Source: Ginkgo biloba
Taxonomy: Eukaryota > Plantae > Ginkgophyta
Assembly: GCA_024626585.2 (NCBI GenBank)
Contig: JANKJI020000002.1
Span: forward strand, 213,675,915 to 213,694,403
Direction of reading: 5' to 3'
DNA: 18,489 nucleotides
Shown: piece by piece, positions 10,319 through 18,489 of the stretch
Position numbering within the stretch: position 1 is the first letter of the stretch
How the letters are laid out: every line of letters begins with the position of its first letter
Notes under the pieces: generated by a model
Database searches by the model: none
What the model saw: only the letters and a program-made list of their open reading frames with translations
What the model was told of the DNA's origin: nothing
Position numbers and translations under genes: made by a program

Positions 10319-13300
10319 TCTACGACCTAAATCTTGTGCTTTTATGTGTTTATATATATATTTGAGTTCATGATTGTGGAGAAATTATTATTTAAGTGGG
10401 TTACATTAACTTGTCAATAAATTATAATCCTAGGATGTCTCTCAAATCAGATTTGAGTCTTCCTGTTGTGAGCATATTGTTGGTTTGAACAGCTGTATCC
10501 CATTGCAACTGCCGACTTACCTCGAATATTTTGGTATGAGTTGAAGCGAATTCTAACACTGGTAGACTAGGCGTCATATGCCTGCGCTCACCCTCTTCCA
10601 AAATTCAATTAATATTAACTTAGTTATAATGCCCCCGGCGTATAGAAAGTAGGATCAAATCATTTTCGTGGTAAAGGCTAAAGCTTATTTTCCAATGTAG
10701 CTGATTTACTTTTCTATGAGATGCAATCTAGTACCCTGGCCAAGCCAAAGACAATCAAGAAGGCTGCAGCCTGCACCGACTTACCAAAATGCCAATTTCA
10801 AATGATGGACAATGGTAGAAGCCCATATCCAGCTTGATCTGCTGCTGCTATCCCTGTTCTCTTCGAGGCTTCTGTCAATTACAAGAGTAGGACCCCTACA
10901 CCTGATGCACAACTAGTTGTGCGAATCCAAAGTCTGATATTAACTAAATTACAAAACCAACCATAGAAATCACCCTACATCTCCATTAATAAGCACTAAG
11001 GGTGATTTGTATGAGAAGGCATAAATGGTTTTCATTGCATTTGCAATGTAGATGCATAGGATTAATAGGCATAAAGAAGTACCAGATTTGAATGCGGGCT
11101 CATTGCAAATTGTTGTAGATGCCTAGCATCTTGTGGAGATTAATGGGGAACATTTGACTTGCTTGTTGAAAATACTAACGAACAACACCATCTTCCAATA
11201 CTTTTGCTTTCCTTTGAGCTCTTTCGCAACTAATTATCTCCCCTTTCTCTTATAAGATAAAAAAATGTGGAATGCACTTTGCCTACAATGCACCTAGACT
11301 TTGACGTAGTTGTTAATGTGAAAAATATTTCCACAAAAATTCCAATACATGGATGGATTACACTGCTTCAAAGATATCCATTTAATCCAAATCAACGGAG
11401 GATATGAACAACAATGGGGCCATGTGATACGACGCATTGGCACAGACTGCAATTTAATGAAATTGATTATCATATTCATTTGTCATGCCAGGATATTCGA
11501 TGGTGGAGCCACTCATCGTTACTTATTTTATATATATTAAATGAGGGATCTAAAATGTTTTTAGATTTCATTTTTGTTGGGTTGGGCATTATTTTATTAT
11601 TTTTTTAGGTCGGTGGAGCCAATTTTTTTAGTAGTATAGATATACAAATAAGGAAGAAAATTGTGAACTTGATAGATTTTTTAAATTGATTATTTTTTAT
11701 TTATTGAAGCAATCAATTTAATATATTAATTTCTCAATCACAAGAAAGCATTAGAAAAGTATTCATTACTCATTGGTATATGCATGCATGAAGATTTGGA
11801 AATTTAGGAATTCCTAGTTCTTTAGTCATGACAAATAATTACCACAATTCAAATGACTTCCTATTTTGTCTCCTATATCATCTCGTTTCTATCCTATCTT
11901 TGGTTTTTATCCCTTGTTTTCATCTCATATCTTACCCTATTTCATGGCTCTCGTGTCCCATCTCATTCCAACCCCATCACTCATCTCCCATNNNNNNNNN
12001 NNNNNNNNNNNNTATCATTCTTGTCCCGCCTTCCATCCTATTATAATCACCTGATCCAAAATCTTTATATTTGTTACAATATGTGTATGTAGTTCAAATA
12101 TGTTCAAGTATTAAATTTTTATAACTTCTTAATGTCAAATTTCACAAAGGATATTAATCATTATGCTTTTATCCATAATTTGAATATTTCTTATGAATAT
12201 ATGCTCTAGTAGTCAAAATACATATGATTAATGAACTTTTATTGGAAAATGTGGTGACATCAATTGTAAGAAATAAGTACACATATAATCATTGTTTATT
12301 TTTTATAAATTTTAAGATTAAAAATAACAAAATTTTTAGATATGTTGATTGCAACCTTGATATGGTAGAAGAAATATGTTTATTTTTGTNNNNNNNNNNN
12401 NNNNNNNNNNNNNNNNNNNNNNNNNNNNNNNNNNNNNNNNNNNNNNNNNNNNNNNNNNNNNNNNNNNNNNNNNNNNNNNNNNNNNNNNNTAGAGGAGAAT
12501 ATTTTTCAAACCCTAGGACTTGTTGTAGATAAAGCAGAGTGAAAATTGAAGAAATTGGATAGGGTTTGAATGGCCATGTATGATAGTGATCATTTACTGC
12601 TTGAAGAAGAATATGGTAACTCTTGTCCATGGCAGGTAGTGGAAAAAGAACTAACACCCAGACAAATATTATAGGTTTTGAGCAACCCTATTGGGAATCT
12701 TGGGTGATAGATTTGGTAAAGGAAAGGNNNNNNNNNNNNNNNNNNNNNNNNNNNNNNNNNNNNNNNNNNNNNNNNNNNNNNNNNNNNNNNNNNNNNNNNN
12801 NNNNNNNNNNNNNNNNNNNNNNNNNNNNNNNNNNNNNNNNNNNNNNNNNNNNAACATCAAGAAGAAGAAGGGACATCCTTAGTGAATGCATGTGTTTGTT
12901 ATGTTTAAGATCTATGGAGAGAAGTAATGAAGAACCCGAATAATAGGATCATATTATAGATTTGACCAATAAAGGAGGGCCTAGCATGGGCATGTCGATG
13001 AGGATCCATGAACAAATAGAAGACAAAATTTATGAAGAATGTAGTAGATCGATGAAGAGAGAAATAATTTATTTGTAGTAGGTAGCAAGATGAAACATAG
13101 AGGAAGAAAAAATAGAGAAGAATGAATGTAAATGTGTAGAGATCTATGTGAAGGAAAAGTGATAGTCATTGAAGATCTGTCAGTTGGAGAAGATATGAAG
13201 CATTAAATGAAGGATCATATCGACCATGGGGATCGATATTTGATGCTTTAAGATGAAGAGAGTTAAAGTAATGGCATTCAACTAAAAATGAAAGATCAAT

Positions 13301-13593
13301 CGATGAAGAAGAATACGTAGCAACGGTCGCCAATGAATAAGCATTTCAAACTTTTTTTAAAAATTTAGGTTGTCATAGTTTAAAATGATTCAATTCATTT
13401 GAAAACCTAAATGAAGTCCATCCCTAAGTCTCAAAGTCACAGTCACATGATTTTAAAGTCTAAATAATGCTTAATGATGTAAAAATTCCCTTTGGTGTGT
13501 AAACTATGGTCGCATGGGATTAGTAGATGATGTTTTCAAGGTTTGATGTAGATGTATGACCCAAATATTAAATGTAAGTAAGAATATTAATTT

Positions 13594-14330
13594 AAGGAGG
13601 AATTGTTAGAATTATTTAACAATTAAATTAATAATCTGGATATTAAAGGGTCATCAAGATTCAAAAGGTTAGGGGTAATGTCAAGGGTNNNNNNNNNNNN
13701 NNNNNNNNNNNNNNNNNNNNNNNNNNNNNNNNNNNNNNNNNNNNNNNNNNNNNNNNNNNNNNNNNNNNNNNNNNNNNNNNNNNNNNNNAATTCTAACTTC
13801 TTCTTAAGCAAATTACCAGTGGTTTTTTTTTCACCTAGCTATGTTGTTGGATCAAAATTTCATGTGATATGAGATATTATACTCTATAGTCGATCTAATA
13901 ATTTTGTCCGATTAATGTGTGGTACAATAATAAGGAATCCCCTTACCCATCATTCAAGTGGTCACTAAGTCTTTGTGTCAACTTATATTCACTACTCAAT
14001 CAAGAGTATTATCTCTGCTAATATATTGATCTCAGTAGTATTTTAATCCTTTTATAAATTTTAATTATTGTTATTTATTTCTTATTTACATATCTCAATT
14101 GGCATTGAGTCAGACCCCCTCTTTAAGATAACTACCAAGTATCTAGTGTGAATATTATCTATTTATTTTCACATTTCATTTATTCTTTTTTCATAAGAGA
14201 ACCTCCCCTTATAAGTTAGAGGGTATTATGACCCCTTACTATTATGTTGTCTTGGCACTTTATCTCTAAGTTGGATCATTAAATCCTTATCCACTTATAA
14301 ACTATCAAGTGCCAAAAATGGATGTCAACA
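13594..14330. mobile_element. Possible LTR-derived segment(s)
   Basis: PPT-like AAGGAGGAA is followed by TGTTAGAAT at 13604. At the right, …GCCAAAAATGGATGTCAACA (14330) reads TGTTGACATCCATTTTTGGC on the minus strand, an LTR-start-like sequence. There is no TSD and no linked coding domain, and a 100-N gap lies inside, so these may be two unrelated ends. Confidence 0.3.
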
Positions 14331-15392
14331 CCTACCTACCTATGACTTCCTCATCCACTATCTTCTCGTCCCCTACTAAAATCTCTATCCCCTTACCCTT
14401 TATGCCTAAGACATGTTCACCTATCTCCATCTTCCCTCATTCATGATACATTAAGATCACCTATAGTCATCATAACTACAAGTGAAAATATTTATAATCC
14501 CTCTCTCTCCTACTCCTCCACGATATCATGTGCCCAAACTATACTCAATTATCTCCTCCTGCTTGAACTTGATATTAGATCATTCATTACCACCATCATT
14601 TTCCCTCTCATCATATTTAACTCCAATTGTAGGTTAAATTAACTCTCCATGAGAATCATAAATCCTTCTTGCATGGGATAACCTGCCCTTATTTAAAATC
14701 TCATTAGTCCTTTTTTCTTCATTTAATTTGTATCCCCTTTATACTACTCGTCGACATGTTTTATCACCTAGCGATCATCACTCTATGTTCTTTGAGATCT
14801 TTGTCCTCCTTTGGCATTTGTTATGTTCATCATCCCTTGTTCACTCATTTGGATAATAAATCTTATCGCTCGTTGAAAATCAGACCCTTTTCCCATTTGT
14901 CAAAGTATCATTCACCTACTCAACGAATGTTAAACTATGTCCATATAGATGTTCACCTCTCATCTAAACTTTAGTTTTCTCATCCATATCATTAGTACAT
15001 TCAATGAGAACCTACTTTTATATGTTGACATGTTATTCACATGTCTTTTAGCCTATTTCCTAAGCCTCTCTTATCTATTTTCTAGGCCTCCTTAGGTCAT
15101 TCGTTGATGATATTCAACCTGTTCATGAAGTTGTTCCTTTCTCATTCGCTAATTTCCCAGAGTTGTTTGTCCAAATATTTNNNNNNNNNNNNNNNNNNNN
15201 NNNNNNNNNNNNNNNNNNNNNNNNNNNNNNNNNNNNNNNNNNNNNNNNNNNNNNNNNNNNNNNNNNNNNNNNNNNNNNNNATTTTGTGATAAGTGGAAAA
15301 ATTATTGATTCAAATTTAGTTGTGGACCAAGCCTAATTATCATCATTCCTTTTGCAAGGATTAGAGTTAGTATGTTTTGGATTATTTAATAA

Positions 15393-16215
15393 ATGGTGTC
15401 CATTGCTTACTTAGAGGGGAGGAAGTGATGTGCCATGGATAAATAACTCTTATTTCTATGGGGTCAATCTTATTAAGGGGGTATGACCATGGGGAATTTA
15501 TTAGAGAGTTTTTACCATTTTAGGGTTTTATCTTAGTGACTTCTCTTTCTTTATTTAGCTTATGGATATTTGTAGACAAGATATACGAAAGGGAATTTTA
15601 CTAATTCAAGTCATGAATATTATTTCCATATTCTATTATTTATGAAGTTATTATAGGTTGGTTGTAGCATGCATGTGCATTTTTCCATTTTAATATCTAG
15701 TTAAGTTTGACAAAGGTTCCTCCTATATAAGAACCTTATTCCCTATGTTCTCATGTATTTTATCTTTGGAGATATTTTGGTCTAGAGATATTGGTAATTG
15801 TATCTCTATGTATTACACACTCTGATTAATTCAATCTCTTATTCTTTGTCTAATTTATTATGTTGAGATATTTGTCTTGAATCTTTGATTAGCTAGATCT
15901 TATTTCCAAGTCCTTTGAGTGTATAGGTTTCATGTTAGATTATGTTCAAGTGGTTTATAAGATCCAAAAGTTCATACAAGTCAATTTATTTGGCCACATA
16001 TGAAGGAGCACACTTTTGGCATTTTTCTATGAGTTTTTAGGATTTTAAGATTTGTACCATATCTTTTTATCCTAGTACATGGAAGTGCACCATAATGACA
16101 TGATATATACATATAGTACATGGAAGTGAATCATACAGATACAGATATAGTATGTCCCTATAAAGGCATTAAATGACATGGTTCCATATAAAATATTAAA
16201 TTAGTTAGATACCTA
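15393..16215 (+). mobile_element. Second Gypsy 3' end (PPT plus LTR from 15429), homologous to the copy at 653-1500
   Basis: ATGGTGTCCATTGCTTACTTAGAGGGGAGGAAGTGATGTGC (15393-15433) aligns with ATGGTCCATAACTTCCTTAGAGGAGAGGAATTAATGTGC (653-691). TATATAA at 15724-15730. Further shared blocks occur at 15870-15904 vs 1125-1164 and 16003-16023 vs 1265-1285. The right boundary is uncertain. Confidence 0.7.
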
Positions 16216-18129
16216 TGAATTTGTCAAACTAGGAGGAGAAGCAATGCGACAAATCTGATAAATTTGAATCAATAATATATTGGCAGTAAATAGGACTTAT
16301 ATAATGCAATACATCATGAATAGTGGCACTCAACATAATGCGCAAAGCCCGTACGCGCTCTAAACTAATCTTTTCAATTGTATTGAAATAGAATAAAGAG
16401 GACACTTTGAGTGTTGCATGATAGGTGGTCAAATGCTACTCAATAAGGCTTGGAACTATATGTCTAAAAGTGGCAACATCATCCACCGGGTTTGCCTTCT
16501 CTAGACTTTTACTAATGCCATAAACCATGAACACTGGGTGGCGCACAGGCACCTATGAATAATAGTCATCCATTTCTTACTCCTTATGCTAATATAATTC
16601 ATCCTATGTAGGTTGTGATGAACCAAATTGAGCAAAACCCTACCTCAACTTAATTATGTTTCCCCTAACACTAATAATAAGAGGTATACCATAAGCATAT
16701 ACACCAAGCCATGACTCCTAATTATTATCTTCCTTAGTGAATACGGCATGCAAACCCTAAGTAGGGCCTTGTAAATCAACCTAGGTAAATAAAAGGTTTG
16801 ATGATGCCACACCATCTCATAATTGTCTAAGCATGGTTTGTGAAAGGTCGATGGTTCTAATATAAGTCTAGAGTAACTTTTTAAAAATGGAATCCATACT
16901 CAATCCTTTCACCCTATGAATGANNNNNNNNNNNNNNNNNNNNNNNNNNNNNNNNNNNNNNNNNNNNNNNNNNNNNNNNNNNNNNNNNNNNNNNNNNNNN
17001 NNNNNNNNNNNNNNNNNNNNNNNACTTCTTCCATAGTTTCAATAGAATGACAACTTTTTTACCATACAACAAGAATAATTAATAATATAATAATTGTTAA
17101 TTGATCACTAATTGATTAATCTCTACTAAAATATATACAGAGGAAAAACTTGATGGGTATACATTGATTCTCCCATTATTAGATGACTTGTTTATTCATT
17201 ACTAATCAATTATAAAATAAAAATAGAATAGTGGAAGTATGGTATTAGAAGCCACAAAATATAACCACACTTTTTAGGAATGTTTTAGAAGTCACCTTAT
17301 GTTATATTTACATGGATAGAAAAATATAATGACAAAATTTTGTAAGCTAAATTTGTGTCAAATAATCAAGAATTTCAAAAAGCTTCCTACACAAAAGTTA
17401 TAAACCTAAAAAATAATGCATTTAAAAATTAAAAAAATGCACCCAAATAGACATTTGGATCAAAATTTATGACTAAAATATCAAACTACTTTTTGATGGG
17501 TCTAAAAAAATATTTTTAGGAAAAAATAAACTGGTCCATATAAGGAAATGAGACTTTAAAACATATAGGAAAAAAGGATCAAGTTGAAGATAAAAATATT
17601 TAGAATTATATAGAGTTGGTTTAGATGTCAATAAATAATCTATGTTGGATGAAAAATAATTTGAGGAAATGGTGACTTCATGTGTTGAATATTGGTTTAT
17701 AAAATTCAATAATTATTATGTACTATTGGGTAGAGAAATAAATTTGAATATTGTTTGATTAGATTAGGAAATTATTTTATATTATTAGTTGTGATCTTAA
17801 CTTATAAAAGCATTATTACTGCATTTTTTAAGTTTCAAGGATAATATAAATAATTTCTCTCATTTTTTAAACTTCATAAAGAGAACATGGTAATTCAATC
17901 GAAATAACGCACATCAAGGAAATAAAAATGTTAACACTATCAAAAAATAAGGTTTAATTTATAGATGGAATCCATTGAAAGAGGAAATTAAGGTGGTGCT
18001 TAGTGCATAAGAATCTAGAAAATTTGTTAAAGAGATTAATCTTTATTACTTACTAGTTGCTAAGAAGAAGAAGCCTCAAAAGGAAGAAAAACAAGATCTA
18101 AAACTTCTCCCTAATGAATTCCCAAAGTT

Positions 18130-18476
18130 AAGTATTGTTAGATATTATGCCTATTGAATTACCTCTAGGATTTATACCAGTGTGGTCAATAGTGCATCAA
18201 CTTTAATTTAATACCAAGTTTAATACTTCCAAAGAAGGCAANNNNNNNNNNNNNNNNNNNNNNNNNNNNNNNNGGATGTAAACAATAAAATACAAATTGA
18301 AATCTTATTAGATAAAGGGTTAATTAGATAAAGCATAAGTCTATATGCTACATTGTTCTTACTTACCCCAAAGAAGGATGAAAGTTGGATATTCTGCATA
18401 GAATTATGAGCAATCAATAAGATCGCCATTTAAAATAGATTTTATAATTCTAGAATGGATGATCTTACGGATGGTA
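18130..18476 (+). mobile_element. Decayed Ty3/Gypsy chromovirus (CRM-like) reverse transcriptase N-terminus; very decayed gag/protease probably upstream (~17100-18130)
   Basis: Reads DIMPIELPLGFIPVWSIVHQL / LIPSLILPKKA (cf. DV.P.ELP.GLPP.R.I.HQIDLIPG..LPNKA), then QIEILLDKGLIR*SISLYATLFLLTPKKDESWIFCIEL*AINKIAI*NRFYNSRMDDL (cf. QV.ELL.KG.IR.S.SP.A.P.LL.PKKDGSWRMC.D.RAINKIT...RFP.PR.DDL). Confidence 0.88.
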
Positions 18477-18489
18477 AAAAAAAATAAAA

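Larger units (their letters stand above)
9870..10325. promoter_or_regulatory. CpG-retaining island over the putative 5' region and first coding exon
   Basis: By eye, CG dinucleotides are dense here (e.g. acgtcgt, acgcgt, tcgacgaacga, cgggcgcagcgacgg, ctcgcga, cacgtgcgatcgcc) but nearly absent from the flanking TE remnants. That this reflects a long-unmethylated 5' gene region is inference. Confidence 0.6.
1502..18273. other. Fourteen N-runs (assembly gaps or masking); seven are exactly 100 nt
   Basis: 100-N runs start at 4590, 6434, 9770, 12390, 13689, 15181 and 16924. The others are 1502-1583, 2398-2698, 4197-4226, 7243-7273, 11992-12012, 12728-12852 and 18242-18273. Confidence 0.9.

Noticed and set aside
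9907-10365. 152-aa ORF taken as a complete single-exon gene
   Set aside because: Only 10138-10312 resembles a protein family. The flanks look like UTR/intron read-through.
10391-10488. Possible exon 2 after TTTAAG|TGGGT (84-nt intron, giving M-G-Y-I-N-L...)
   Set aside because: Phase and the MG start fit, but the peptide (MGYINLSINYNPRMSLKSDLSLPVVSILLV*) does not resemble the USP/STK_N continuation. The AAG acceptor is weak and the frame stops after ~30 codons.
11820-12045. Degenerate ATCCC/ATCTC-rich tract
   Set aside because: Low-complexity sequence with no clean period or terminal structure; cannot be assigned to a MITE or satellite.
14096-14117. CA-ATTGGCATTGAGTC as an LTR end plus tRNA-Met PBS, or CCCCCTCTTTAAG as a minus-strand PPT
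   Set aside because: There are too many mismatches to TGGTATCAGAGC, no gag follows, and the two readings conflict.
1-18489. Prokaryotic-type systems (CRISPR array, retron, operon), rRNA or tRNA genes
   Set aside because: No regularly spaced repeat-spacer units, no dense intact ORFs and no recognisable RNA-gene motifs. The RT fragments are clearly LINE and Gypsy types.

Overview
AT-rich, CpG-depleted eukaryotic sequence from a fragmented assembly: 14 N-runs, seven of them exactly 100 nt. The motif content points to a large-genome land plant. A gymnosperm- or fern-type genome is my inference and is not established. Most of the window is decayed retroelement DNA. In order: (1) the 3' end of a Ty3/Gypsy chromovirus-type element (integrase GPY/F, chromodomain remnant, PPT, LTR; 1-~1500); (2) a decayed non-chromoviral (Tat/Athila-like) gag-PR-RT (~2700-4589); (3) the 3' end of an RNase H-bearing L1-type LINE on the + strand (4690-5669), followed by an unexplained decayed coiled-coil ORF (5788-6132); (4) an LTR terminus that cuts a minus-strand L1-type LINE ORF2 (EN+RT, 6680-~9102); (5) a second PPT-LTR homologous to the first (15393-~16215); (6) a decayed chromovirus RT at the right end. 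The only host-gene signal is one CpG-rich exon (10138-10312). It encodes the start of a USP-like/STK_N domain typical of plant U-box/USP Ser/Thr kinases, and is followed by what appears to be a >8 kb TE-filled intron. No rRNA, tRNA or CRISPR features were seen. The best novelty candidates are modest: the extra ORF 3' of the LINE RNase H, the extended homology between the two PPT-LTR copies, and minus-strand splice signals and palindromes in the first intron.
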